Source: Gammaproteobacteria bacterium (GTDB lineage: Bacteria; Pseudomonadota; Gammaproteobacteria; Eutrophobiales; Eutrophobiaceae). From it: a DNA stretch of 64,000 nucleotides. The first letter of the stretch is position 1, and each line of letters begins with the position of its first letter. Both the position numbers and the translations under genes were made by a program. Shown one piece after another: positions 7,542 through 18,036 of this stretch. The notes under the pieces were generated by a model, which saw only the letters and a list, made by a program, of their open reading frames with translations, searched no databases and was not told the DNA's origin. The stretch is taken from the NCBI GenBank assembly GCA_963422205.2, contig CAXMWX010000011.1, forward strand, positions 1-64,000, read 5' to 3'.

Positions 7542-8547
7542 TATTTAATATGATCGCATCGAATAATTCAGAACCAGTCTTATTGCGCAAACTATTGCTT
7601 ACGGCTTTGTTAAAACGGTTCTTGAGTTTCTTCCTGACTTCAATGTCAATAGTATTAATCTTAAGGCCTGCCTTTTCTAGTTCTATTATGATATCGCTAT
7701 TAAGTTTTCCCGCCAATAGACGTTGTTCCTTTACAGCCATTTTTGCTGCGCGATTAATGATGGACTGATTCTCCTTACTAAGTTGATCCCAAAATATCTT
7801 GTTAGCAAACCAGACATAGTTCGTATAAATATGTTCACTTAAAGATAAATACTTTTGGACTTCATAGAAGCGTTCAGCATAAACAGAGTACACAGCACTT
7901 TCCTGTGCATTAATCAGACCTTGTTGTAAGGAAGTGAATATCTCTCCCCACGACAACGGTATTGGCATGGTGCCAACCGATTTCCAGGCTTCTATCTGAT
8001 AAGGATTACTCGCCGCACGTATTTTTAATCCTTTGAGATCTTTAAAATGTACTATGGGTCGTTTGTTATTGGTAATATTTCTAAAACCCACCTCCATGAA
8101 ACCCAAGCCGTGAAAACCTTTGCTCTCCATTTTCCTTAAAAGAACTTCACCTATATCACTACTATCCAAAGCACGGTGGGCATGTGCAGCATCACGAAAC
8201 AGATAAAACATGTCAAGCACGTTGAACTCAGGTACGATGGAAGTAAGCAAGACTGAAGCGCCTACCGTCATTTGCAAGTTACCCTGACGGACCAACTCTG
8301 TGGTTTCACGTACTCCACCTAATTGGCGTGCTGGGTAAATCTCTACCCTGATTTTACCTTTAGAGTCCGTTTCCACCTGTTTCTTAAATAAAAGCATCCC
8401 CTGATGTAAAGGTGAGTTTTCTTTACTATCATGTCCAATGCGGATGATATTCGCTGAATAAGAGTAGGAAGAAAGTACATACCCGAGGAGCGTGCCCACG
8501 CATCCTACTAAAAAGATAGCTAATAGTAGGTTTTTAGGACGGCTCAT
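7528..8547 (-). CDS. dctP: TRAP substrate-binding protein (DctP)
   Basis: IYPARQLG, GFRNITNNKRPI, DLKGLKIR and EIFTSLQQG motifs. Confidence 0.95.
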   Translation of the reverse strand: MSRPKNLLLAIFLVGCVGTLLGYVLSSYSYSANIIRIGHDSKENSPLHQGMLLFKKQVETDSKGKIRVEIYPARQLGGVRETTELVRQGNLQMTVGASVLLTSIVPEFNVLDMFYLFRDAAHAHRALDSSDIGEVLLRKMESKGFHGLGFMEVGFRNITNNKRPIVHFKDLKGLKIRAASNPYQIEAWKSVGTMPIPLSWGEIFTSLQQGLINAQESAVYSVYAERFYEVQKYLSLSEHIYTNYVWFANKIFWDQLSKENQSIINRAAKMAVKEQRLLAGKLNSDIIIELEKAGLKINTIDIEVRKKLKNRFNKAVSNSLRNKTGSELFDAIILNIDTN

Positions 8548-8590
8548 TTCATTTATAGGCTTGGAGTAAAAATATTATCCAAAGAATCTC

Positions 8591-10873
8591 TTATACCTTT
8601 ACTTCCTTTTTTAAGTCTATCTCAACCTCGACACGGTTTATTTGCTGTGTAAATGGAAAGCTTCCTTTGTATTCACGGCTAATTGGAGAATGTGGATTTT
8701 CGCCACAGCGTAGTCCTGAATTCAATACATAGATTGGCCACATCTTTGGAAATTCTTTGGAGGCTATCGTTTCCCCATCAAGCGAAAAAGTGACTTTGGC
8801 AGAATGCTTACCAGTTTTATGGAACTCAAGCCCTAAAGCATGCTTTCCTTTCGGGATCCGTTTAGTTGACTTGATCTTGTATTTACGATTACGAATATAG
8901 ACATAAGTGCAAACCAAATAGCCATCTTGCATATACCACTCATAGCCCGCTGCACTATCTCCGACGGCAAAAATAACCCCCTCGGCTTTATTACTGGATA
9001 GTTCAACATCCGCACGAAAACGACTATCAACACTGTATATATCCGGAACGCTTAAACGATCCAATCGGGTTATCTTCGGGTAAAATACATAATGCGAGCG
9101 TCGTCGCGGCACCGAATTTTCATGTAATTTATGCCTGTCATCATCCATAGGCAAGACACCATAACGTCGTGCCTCACTGAACCAAAGAGCGATCAAGCTT
9201 TGCAAACGTTCTGGTTCTGCTTTTGCAAGGTTATTTAACTCCGCAAAATCTTTTGCTGCGTGGTATAGCTCCCATGTGTCTTCCTCAAAAGGCACACCAA
9301 ATTGATGACGAGTAACGGCCTTCCAACCCTTTTGCCAAATCGCCCTATCACCCATGGTTTCAAAATATTGGACTGTCTTCCGGGTCGTCGCTTTGGGTTT
9401 ATCAAAAGCGTAAGCAAAGCTGCTTCCCTGTATAGGCAATATTTTTTCTCCCTCTATTTCTTTCGGGAAAGGTTTATTGATCATGTCCATCAAGGTCGGT
9501 ACCAAATCGATGGCATGATGGTATTGTTCGGCAATGTGTCCTTCGGGTAGTTTGCCATTTGGCCAACTCATAATCAGCGGCGTACGAATACCGCCTTCAT
9601 AGGTATCGGCCTTATACCATTTCAATGGTGTATTACTGACCTGTGCCCAGCCACGGGAATAGCCCATGAATGATTGATCTGTTCCCTGTAAATCAAGACT
9701 CTCAATAAGTTCTTTAATCGATTCTTTTTCTTTCTGATAGGCAACTCGCCGTACATCAAAACGCCCTTCAATCGGACCGCCAAAAGATGCACCATTATCG
9801 GAGAGTACAACGAATATTGTATCATTGTATTGTTCTTCCGCTTTAAGGAAATCAACCAAGCGTTGTATTTGTGCATCGGTATGCTCCAGAAAAGCGGCAT
9901 ATACCTCCTGTTGTCGTGCAACGATGCGTTGTTGGTCTCCGGATAACTCTTCCCAAGGAGGCACATCAGCATTGCGTGGTGCCATCCGGGACCCTTTCGG
10001 TACTAATCCCATCTTTAATTGTTTTTCAAAACGTTCCTGTCTAATTGCATCCCAACCGCGCTGATACTTCCCGAGATAACGTTCGATATAGTCAACTGGA
10101 GCATGTAAAGGAAAATGACAGGCGCCAAACGCGAGATGCAGAAAAAAAGGATTGTCCGGGTTGGCTGCAATATGGTCCCTGACATAAGCAATGGAACGAT
10201 CAGACAGGTCGGCACTCAAGTGATAGTCATCTGTCTTTTCAGGGTAAGCCGCAGAGGTATTCTCGAACATTTCCGGATGCCAATGATCAGCGGCCGAACT
10301 ATGAAAACCATACCAGCGATCAAACCCACGTTGTACCGGCCAGTGGTCAAAAGGCCCCGTACCATTCTGGTCACCAAGAGGCGTTAAATGCCATTTACCA
10401 GTCGCCAGAGTGGAATAACCTTCAGGACGAAGTATTTCAGCAAGTGTCGCTGCATCTTCGCGGATCCAACCCTTGTAGCTAGGGTGATCACGTCCCCATT
10501 CAGCGATATTCCCTACCCCCACAGCATGTGCATTGCGACCTGTTAGTAGACAAGCACGAGTAGGCGCACACAAAGCAGTCACATGAAAATTATTAAAGCG
10601 AGTACCGTCTGCTGCGATTTGATCCATACAGGGAGTTTTATGCTCAGCACCGTAACAACCCAGATCGCCAAACCCGACATCATCCAAAATCACCATGACA
10701 ATATTCGGCTTGCGTTTGAGTTCTCTCGGGGACCAACCGCCTGCACCGATCGAGCTTCGACCTTCAGCTTCTGTAGTTTCTGTGGCTACTGCAGATGTAT
10801 GATTCGGACCTAAAGCCACTACGGTCGAAGCAAGCGCGGTTGTCTGAATAAACTTACGTCTGCTAAATTTCAT
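8591..10873 (-). CDS. Tat-exported arylsulfatase (Cys-type, FGly-dependent) with C-terminal beta domain
   Basis: SRRKFI Tat motif, PNIVMVILDDVGFGD, CAPTRACLLTGR and GKWHL. Confidence 0.95.
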   Translation of the reverse strand: MKFSRRKFIQTTALASTVVALGPNHTSAVATETTEAEGRSSIGAGGWSPRELKRKPNIVMVILDDVGFGDLGCYGAEHKTPCMDQIAADGTRFNNFHVTALCAPTRACLLTGRNAHAVGVGNIAEWGRDHPSYKGWIREDAATLAEILRPEGYSTLATGKWHLTPLGDQNGTGPFDHWPVQRGFDRWYGFHSSAADHWHPEMFENTSAAYPEKTDDYHLSADLSDRSIAYVRDHIAANPDNPFFLHLAFGACHFPLHAPVDYIERYLGKYQRGWDAIRQERFEKQLKMGLVPKGSRMAPRNADVPPWEELSGDQQRIVARQQEVYAAFLEHTDAQIQRLVDFLKAEEQYNDTIFVVLSDNGASFGGPIEGRFDVRRVAYQKEKESIKELIESLDLQGTDQSFMGYSRGWAQVSNTPLKWYKADTYEGGIRTPLIMSWPNGKLPEGHIAEQYHHAIDLVPTLMDMINKPFPKEIEGEKILPIQGSSFAYAFDKPKATTRKTVQYFETMGDRAIWQKGWKAVTRHQFGVPFEEDTWELYHAAKDFAELNNLAKAEPERLQSLIALWFSEARRYGVLPMDDDRHKLHENSVPRRRSHYVFYPKITRLDRLSVPDIYSVDSRFRADVELSSNKAEGVIFAVGDSAAGYEWYMQDGYLVCTYVYIRNRKYKIKSTKRIPKGKHALGLEFHKTGKHSAKVTFSLDGETIASKEFPKMWPIYVLNSGLRCGENPHSPISREYKGSFPFTQQINRVEVEIDLKKEVKV

Positions 10874-11180
10874 ATGTTCTCCTTATTGTTATATTCAACA
10901 TAGATAGTATTACTCATAAGAGAATAGGAAATGCTTAGACAATCCGGCTAGCCTTAATAATAGCCATTCATTGTTGATTCGTCATAAACATAAAAAACGC
11001 CACTTTGATTTTAAGGGTTTTGTATGCATGCTAATTAGAGCTGGTTCCCTCACATATTATTAATCATCAGGTAAATAATGCTTGAATAAGGGATCCAACA
11101 GACGAGAGATATAGTTACCCCCAAAACCTGGAAACATCGCAATGTGGATGTCTCCAGGAAAGGAGGCGAGGGATACGCTT

Positions 11181-13580
11181 TTAGAAGTTATAACCAACTC
11201 GGAAACCATACATCCTGGGTTTACCCCAGGATACCTGAATGATATCGCTACCACCCACGATAGTATGTTGGAGAACCGCTATATTGCTTACATTTTCCAC
11301 ATAAGCTTGTGCATTCCAATGTCCATCATGAGACTCCCAATATAGTCGCATATCTAATTTTGCATAGGCATCCTGTTTAGCCAAATCAAACTGTTGCAGT
11401 CCCGTCGTAAAATGACTACCGGAATAAGCAAGCTGCATATGTGGGGTGAAGACCCCCATTGCTGTAGACAGACTATAGGAAAGACCTACATTACCAGAGG
11501 CCGTTGGCGCCCACGGCGTATCCCGACCATCAAGGGAAATATTTCCATTCGCATCCAACGGGAGTGTACCTGCCGATTGAAAGCGATTGGAGGCACCAAA
11601 GGTATCATAGCTTGAGTCCATGTAGGCCATATTGGCAACCATTGTAAAGTTGTCGGTCACCAAAGCTTTCAGATCAACTTCAATGCCCATTGCAGTCAAT
11701 GAACCACCATTCGTTTTTACCGTGAGAGATTGGGCATCGAGTATACCGGCCAACATATCGTCAAATTCATTTCGGTAAGCGGCAATATTTAACTCCAGAC
11801 GGTCATTAAGCAGACGGTTTTTCAAACCAATCTCGTAGGCGATTACTTTCTGTGGATCATATGTCGTACCATTATTGTTGTAACTCCCTGCTAGAAAACC
11901 CGTAGATACGCTTGCATAAAGCAGGCTATCTTCGAAAACATCAAGTTCTCCGCCAACTTCCCAGGTAACTTTACTCCAAGACTCATTGCTACTAGCAGAC
12001 GGAGCACCTATAGTTGTTTGACCTAGCACACCTGTGCTACGCATTATTCTTTGACCGAAATAATCCATTTTATTCCTGCTATATCGAACACCAGCACTCA
12101 CACGTGCGCTATCTGTCACTCGATAAATACCGTGAGCGAATACTCCGAAGGTCTCATTCTCCAACTCACTCGGATTACCTGCAAACTGATTAGGACATAC
12201 TGCATTCGGGTTAGTTGGATCAGCGACTGCGGCAGTCGCAATACTACCAAATGCGTTACCACAGTTGGCCAAAGCAGCTATTGGCGTGTTTGCTGCAACT
12301 TCTGCAGCAGTGGCTGCAAAACCAAGCCAGGTCCTTAGAAAAGCATGCGTCATGTCTTCTTGGGAATAATACAGTCCCGTTACCCAGTCCAATTTTTCTG
12401 TTTCACCAGATATTTGTAATTCAGTACTCCAATATTCGGTATCATCAAGACGGCTTTCTTCCAATAATCTCCCCTCGCTGTAGTCACCATCCACTTGAGC
12501 CAGGTTGAAGTAATCGGTATAGGCGCTCAATGATTTAATTGAAATATCGCCGACATACCAATTTATCTCCAGTGCTGTGGTATCTTCCTGAACATCGCGA
12601 ATAAAATCACTGTCACGATAGATTTCCCAAGGTCCTCGATCTCCGCGCGTACCTAATGAACCACCACGAGAGTTGACTGGATCATGAATACCATTTGCAA
12701 CGGTCTGGCGTTGGGTTATAGGTATTACGGATGTTGGATCGGGGTCACGTAGTGTTCCGCGTGATTGATAACCATAAGCACCAAGAGCACTACCACCAGA
12801 GTCGTAATGGAAATGTGAAACTAAAATACTTAAATTCTCACTAGGTTCCCACAGGGCAGAACCACGTATAGCTACATCATCAACTTCACCTAAATCATTA
12901 CTGGCCCCCAGGTTTTTAATCCAACCATCGGCATCATTCCAGGAGCCGGCAAGACGGACAGCAAAATTATCTTTTATTGCGGCGTTTACAAAACCTTGAG
13001 CTTTTCTCTTTTCAAAGTTACCAACTGTAAAATTGATGGCACCTGCAATGGGGGCTTCTGTATCCGGCTTATTGGTTTTAACCAGTATGGCACCACCTAG
13101 GGTATTGCGCCCAAACAGGGTACCCTGGGGACCTTTTAATACTTCAACCGACGCCACATCAAGAAACGCATTACCGCCCTGAGCAGCGCGAAGTCGATAA
13201 AGTCCATCAACAAATACACCATTCGGTACCGGTTCCGCACGATCTGTGTTTTCAGCGTCGGCACCTCGTATAGATATTTTGTAATCGTTGCCACGCTGAG
13301 CAAACGCCAGTCCGGGAGTAATCAACTCCAAACGTGAAACATCTTCAATACCCGCTTTATCCAGTGCTTGGCTATCAAACGCATTGACTGATTTACCAAC
13401 ATCCTGAGCGTTTTGTGTACGTTTAGTCGCGGTAATAACCACTTCTTCAAGAATAATTTTTGCCTGAACTTGTGCCGTGACTGCCAAGCCAAACCCAAAA
13501 ATGAGTGAACTAAGTGACGCAGATAATAAATTGTTAATCCTTAAGTGTTCCCATATGGATTGAGATCTTATCTGGATCAT
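11181..13580 (-). CDS. TonB-dependent outer-membrane receptor
   Basis: EEVVITATKR TonB box, VEVLKGPQGTLFGRNT plug motif and C-terminal GYNF. Confidence 0.95.
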   Translation of the reverse strand: MIQIRSQSIWEHLRINNLLSASLSSLIFGFGLAVTAQVQAKIILEEVVITATKRTQNAQDVGKSVNAFDSQALDKAGIEDVSRLELITPGLAFAQRGNDYKISIRGADAENTDRAEPVPNGVFVDGLYRLRAAQGGNAFLDVASVEVLKGPQGTLFGRNTLGGAILVKTNKPDTEAPIAGAINFTVGNFEKRKAQGFVNAAIKDNFAVRLAGSWNDADGWIKNLGASNDLGEVDDVAIRGSALWEPSENLSILVSHFHYDSGGSALGAYGYQSRGTLRDPDPTSVIPITQRQTVANGIHDPVNSRGGSLGTRGDRGPWEIYRDSDFIRDVQEDTTALEINWYVGDISIKSLSAYTDYFNLAQVDGDYSEGRLLEESRLDDTEYWSTELQISGETEKLDWVTGLYYSQEDMTHAFLRTWLGFAATAAEVAANTPIAALANCGNAFGSIATAAVADPTNPNAVCPNQFAGNPSELENETFGVFAHGIYRVTDSARVSAGVRYSRNKMDYFGQRIMRSTGVLGQTTIGAPSASSNESWSKVTWEVGGELDVFEDSLLYASVSTGFLAGSYNNNGTTYDPQKVIAYEIGLKNRLLNDRLELNIAAYRNEFDDMLAGILDAQSLTVKTNGGSLTAMGIEVDLKALVTDNFTMVANMAYMDSSYDTFGASNRFQSAGTLPLDANGNISLDGRDTPWAPTASGNVGLSYSLSTAMGVFTPHMQLAYSGSHFTTGLQQFDLAKQDAYAKLDMRLYWESHDGHWNAQAYVENVSNIAVLQHTIVGGSDIIQVSWGKPRMYGFRVGYNF

Positions 13581-13831
13581 AACAATACCCCCTTAATGAT
13601 TGATAACAGTAATTCAAGGATTAATTTCGTGAGAGTGTTATTCAGATGTCACACCTTTACCCCCTCATCTCATCAAGTTATTCGATAGATCATGTTTATA
13701 CAAAATGTATTTCCAATGCAAGTTTTTTAATTTTAAATTCATGATTTTATTATTTATTATGTATTAAATTTCAATTTAATCAATTATTTAAAGATTTTCT
13801 TATTAACGCATTCAAAGTGATAAATATATTA

Positions 13832-14290
13832 GGGACTGTACCAGATAACTATCCCATATGACGTTTAACCCATTGATTCAATTGCTTTAATTGGATATTT
13901 GGGTCACTGTTGTTACATCGCCACTCACATTCCTTCAAAAATAGACCAAAATGCTCCCTCGGAACACCATTGAATTTCCGCAAATGTCGCTTGGCCTGAT
14001 TCCAGAAGTTCTCGATCCCATTGATGGGGTGATACCGGTCTGCAAACCGCTTTGAATGATTAATGCGATAGTGCTCGAACTCACTGACATCGGGCACGTT
14101 ATCGCCTCGCCAGCCATCACTGTAGACCATGCTGTCAGGAATCACCTTACGTTCAATGATCGGGTATAAAGTCCGACTGCTGGCATCAGAATGATCTTGG
14201 TGTCGACCTTGCCTCCGTGCTTCAACAGACCGAATACCGGCACCGTGCCAGCGCACCGCCGACAATGACCGCCCTGCCCCTTGCCCCAAG
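13832..14290 (-). mobile_element. IS1595-family (IS1016-like) remnant: truncated, frameshifted transposase plus one terminal IR
   Basis: INGIENFWNQAKRHLRKFNG...FLKECEWR. VPVFGLLK is in another frame upstream. IR-like GGGACTGTACCAGATAACTA at 13832-13851. Confidence 0.85.
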
Positions 14291-14493
14291 TCGCTCCCGC
14301 TGCTTAACCGAGGCATAAAAAGCATCCATATCTATATGAATGATCGTGCGATTTTGCACGATAGCCAGTGTTTTTTACAGACAAATTCTACTACAATTTG
14401 CACATTCAAAACCTGCCCATGCAAGCAAACATGCTAACACAAGCAGTCCATGTCATATTTTCATACATACCAGCTCAGTCTGACGAGGCACCT

Positions 14494-17400
14494 ATGGCAA
14501 AACTCATTCGTGTAGTTACTTTTCTCATCCCCCTGCTGACAAGCCACATCGCCCACGCTGATCTGGCTGCGGCCAACCAGTCCTTGCGAGCGGGTGATTT
14601 TACCGCCGCCGCGAACGAGTTTCAGCGCCTGGCCGAAGCGGGCGATGCCAGCGCCCAGGCACAGTTGGGTTATCTGTATTATACCGGCGAGGGCGTGCCG
14701 CAAAGCTATACCGAGGCGGTCAGGTGGTACCGCAAGGCGGCAGTGCAGGGCGATGCCGATGCCCAGTATAACCTGGCGGTTGCCTATGCCTTTGCCGAGG
14801 GCGTGCCGCAGGACTACGCCGAGGCCGCTTCGTGGTACCGCCGTGCAGCCGAACAGCAACATGCCATCGCACAATACAGCCTGGGTATTTCCTATGCGTA
14901 TGGCGAGGGCGTTGAACAAAATGCGGCCGAGGCGGTCAGGTGGTTTCAGCGCGCTGCCGAGCATGGCTATGTCCGCGCACAAGTCCTGGTCGGCAGCCGA
15001 TACCATACCGGCGATGGCGTTGAACAGAGCTTTGCAGAGGCGGCAAAATGGTATCGAAAAGCCGCCGACCGGGGCAACGCCGCCGCGCAGTACAACCTGG
15101 GCTCGCTGTATCGCTCCGGCAACGGCGTAGCACAGGATTACAACCAGGCCATGCGCTGGTACCGAATGGCCGCCGATCAGGGGTATGCTGCCGCACAGAA
15201 TGAGTTGAATAGCCTGGAACGTACCCTGACCGGCATAGCCCGAAAGAAATCCACCCCCCAGAACGCCACCTCCCGGAGCGGGCCGGTGACACCGCCGCCC
15301 ACGGCCAGCAGCCCACCTGCCGACACGACGACCAAGCCGCTATTAAGCGTTGAGACAGACACTCTGTTGGAGTTACCCGTTGCCTCTTCCGCTGCCCAAA
15401 CAGCTGTCCAGGCCGCCCCGCTTCCTCTGACAGCAGAACAAGACACCCCGGCCACACCGGCAGGACAACCTGCTGATGAGCAAACCGGCACCGCAGCCGA
15501 TACCAGTGCAGATAGTGGAACAGCGCAACGAAAGCGGCGCGGTTTTTTTGCCCGTTTGTTTGGCAAATCCCCCGGGCCAGATGCCGATGAACCGGATGCA
15601 GAAAATGCCGCTGCTTCTCAAGACGAGGCGGCTGACGCCGCCCCTGCCCTGACCGATAGGGGTGCCGATGCCACTGCAGCAGATGAGGCCAGTGCTGAAC
15701 AGGTGGTTGAGGTATTGACACCGCCCGAAACGAATTTAGACGAAGCCCCGGCAAATGAGACCTTGGCAAATGCGTTCCTGGATAGCGGCGATGACCTGCC
15801 GCCCGTTGCTGCCGCCGATGATGATGCAGATAGCATGGAAACCACGGCCATGACAGATGATGAGATGGCCAGCCGACCCAGACGCATGGGTTTCTTCTCC
15901 AGGCTGTTCGGCCGAGGGAAAGCACAAGCAGCGGAGGAGACTGTGGCCGATACACCCCTCATGGCAACAGAGGAACACGCCTTGTCAGCCGCCCCGGATG
16001 CCCCCGACCAGCCAGAGACACAGACCGCCCTGACCCACGGCATTGCTCTGACAGATGAACGTGAGGATGATGTCCTTCTTGCCCGGGCCGAGGCCCTGGA
16101 TGAACCCGCCGGGATGACCGAAGCACCGCCTGCCGCCATGTCTGAAGAGGCGATGCTGGCAGATGCCACGGCAACCGATACTGTGGGCGATGATGCCGGG
16201 GACGATTCTGAAATCACCGCCGAACAGTCAACCAGGAAAGCCGGGGTTTTCGCCCGTCTGTTTGGCCGTGGAAAACAGCCGGTCCCGGCCGAGGATGCTG
16301 AAACTGCGCCGACCGAGGTACCCGGAGAAGAACAGGTGCTGTCAGCCATCTCAGATGAATCAGGCCAGTTTGAAACACAGAAAGAGCAGATGCTGTTAGC
16401 CGCCTCGGATGCGCCCGGTCAGCCTGACACCGAGAGCGCCGCCGCCGGTGAATCCGCATCGAAGGCCGTACCATCAGCCGCAGTCACCCCGGCAGAACAA
16501 ACAGATACAGCGACAGAAACAGTGCAGAGAAAAGGTTTTTTCTCGCGTTTATTTGGCAAAAAAGTTGATACCGATGCGGCGACAGATAACCCGCCCGAAG
16601 ATGAGGCGATGGCAAAGGATACAACGACCAACGGTGCCACCATCGATGAATCCCTGCTGCAAGAAGAAGCGGCTGAACAGGAAAAAGAGAAAGCCGGTTT
16701 TTTTGGCCGATTATTCAGCCGGGAGCAATCTGTCGGTGCCGACCCGGGCCTGGCCGGGAATGATGCAGACAGCAAAACGGCGCAAGAACAACCGGCCGTT
16801 GAATCAATATCCGCCGATGCGGATGTCATGCAGGCCGCACAGGCCGCATTAAAAGACAGAAATTACGATGAGGCATTTCGTGCCTTTCGCTCTATGGCAG
16901 GCCAGGGGGATGCCGTTGCCATGTACTGGGTCGGCTCTTTGTATCATCAGGGGCTGGGCACGGTGCAGGATCATGGTGAGGCGGCGCGCTGGTATACCCG
17001 TGCAGCAGAGCGCGGCAATGCTGATGCCCAGTATAGCCTTGGCAGCATGTTCCTGATGGGGGAAGGCATGACACCGGATGATGAGCAGGCACAATACTGG
17101 TATGCAAAAGCGGCCGAACAGGGACACAATACCGCCCGGCATAACCTGAACAGCCTGGAGAAAGTCGCCCGTGAAAAACGTATCCCGGAAGAAGAAAGTG
17201 ATGATGCAGAGTTACTGACAGGCAGCGGCATCGGGGGTGAGACCATCATCAACGAAGCCGCCGAGACACAGGCGGCAACCACCGATGCGACCCCCAGTCC
17301 AACCCCTGAGAAAAAAGGCTTTCTCTCCCGCCTGTTCGGTGGCAAAGATAAAGAGGATGCTGAAGTCACACCGCCAGACGAACCTGCTGATCAAACGCCA

Positions 17401-17919
17401 GCCAGCCCGGAGTTATCAGCCGCCGTTGCTGAACTGGAACAGGCATTTGCCGCCAGAGATGAGGCGCCTGCCACGCCTGCCAACTCACCGGAGGCCGACT
17501 ACAACAACGGCCTGGCCTATTCCCTGGGCGATGGTGTCGCACAGGATGAGACCAGGGCCTTTGCCCATTTCAGCGATGCTGCCGAACGCGGGCATACCGA
17601 GGCCCAGTATCGACTGGGGATAGCCTATGCGTATGGTGAAGGCACGGGGCAGGACTTGCAACAAGCCGCCCGTTGGTATCAAAAAGCAGCCCAAAAAGGC
17701 CATGCAACCGCGCAACGAAACTTAGGATTGATGTATCTGCACGGCGATGGGGTGGCTGAAAACAAATCCCTGGCGCTCGCCTGGTACAGCATCCTGGCCG
17801 ACAATGGCAATCCGCTGGATAGCAGACGCCGTGATGAGTTACGCGCCGAACTCGGCAGCGATGAAATTCAGGAAGCAGAAAGGCTGCAACAGGAAATCCA
17901 GGCGAATATTCCCAGGTGA
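14494..17919 (+). CDS. Large secreted Sel1-repeat protein with acidic low-complexity linkers
   Basis: Signal peptide MAKLIRVV...AHA after a GAGG RBS. Three blocks of AQYxLGxxYxxGxGV...AxxWYxxAAxxG repeats. Confidence 0.9.
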   Translation: MAKLIRVVTFLIPLLTSHIAHADLAAANQSLRAGDFTAAANEFQRLAEAGDASAQAQLGYLYYTGEGVPQSYTEAVRWYRKAAVQGDADAQYNLAVAYAFAEGVPQDYAEAASWYRRAAEQQHAIAQYSLGISYAYGEGVEQNAAEAVRWFQRAAEHGYVRAQVLVGSRYHTGDGVEQSFAEAAKWYRKAADRGNAAAQYNLGSLYRSGNGVAQDYNQAMRWYRMAADQGYAAAQNELNSLERTLTGIARKKSTPQNATSRSGPVTPPPTASSPPADTTTKPLLSVETDTLLELPVASSAAQTAVQAAPLPLTAEQDTPATPAGQPADEQTGTAADTSADSGTAQRKRRGFFARLFGKSPGPDADEPDAENAAASQDEAADAAPALTDRGADATAADEASAEQVVEVLTPPETNLDEAPANETLANAFLDSGDDLPPVAAADDDADSMETTAMTDDEMASRPRRMGFFSRLFGRGKAQAAEETVADTPLMATEEHALSAAPDAPDQPETQTALTHGIALTDEREDDVLLARAEALDEPAGMTEAPPAAMSEEAMLADATATDTVGDDAGDDSEITAEQSTRKAGVFARLFGRGKQPVPAEDAETAPTEVPGEEQVLSAISDESGQFETQKEQMLLAASDAPGQPDTESAAAGESASKAVPSAAVTPAEQTDTATETVQRKGFFSRLFGKKVDTDAATDNPPEDEAMAKDTTTNGATIDESLLQEEAAEQEKEKAGFFGRLFSREQSVGADPGLAGNDADSKTAQEQPAVESISADADVMQAAQAALKDRNYDEAFRAFRSMAGQGDAVAMYWVGSLYHQGLGTVQDHGEAARWYTRAAERGNADAQYSLGSMFLMGEGMTPDDEQAQYWYAKAAEQGHNTARHNLNSLEKVAREKRIPEEESDDAELLTGSGIGGETIINEAAETQAATTDATPSPTPEKKGFLSRLFGGKDKEDAEVTPPDEPADQTPASPELSAAVAELEQAFAARDEAPATPANSPEADYNNGLAYSLGDGVAQDETRAFAHFSDAAERGHTEAQYRLGIAYAYGEGTGQDLQQAARWYQKAAQKGHATAQRNLGLMYLHGDGVAENKSLALAWYSILADNGNPLDSRRRDELRAELGSDEIQEAERLQQEIQANIPR

Positions 17920-18036
17920 ATATTCAAGGGACGACGCATTGATCGTCTGCAATACAACGGCATAGCTGTTTATCTGCCCTCAACCACCGCCTCTGCTGGC
18001 TGCCCTGGCAAATGTCGCTGGATTCATCGACAGCAC

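Noticed and set aside
13592-13616. Possible Fur box upstream of the TonB-dependent receptor
   Set aside because: Only a partial match in very AT-rich DNA.
14461-17715. Long minus-strand ORFs (e.g. 14936-15955, 15618-16349)
   Set aside because: Antisense shadows of the GC-rich Sel1 gene.
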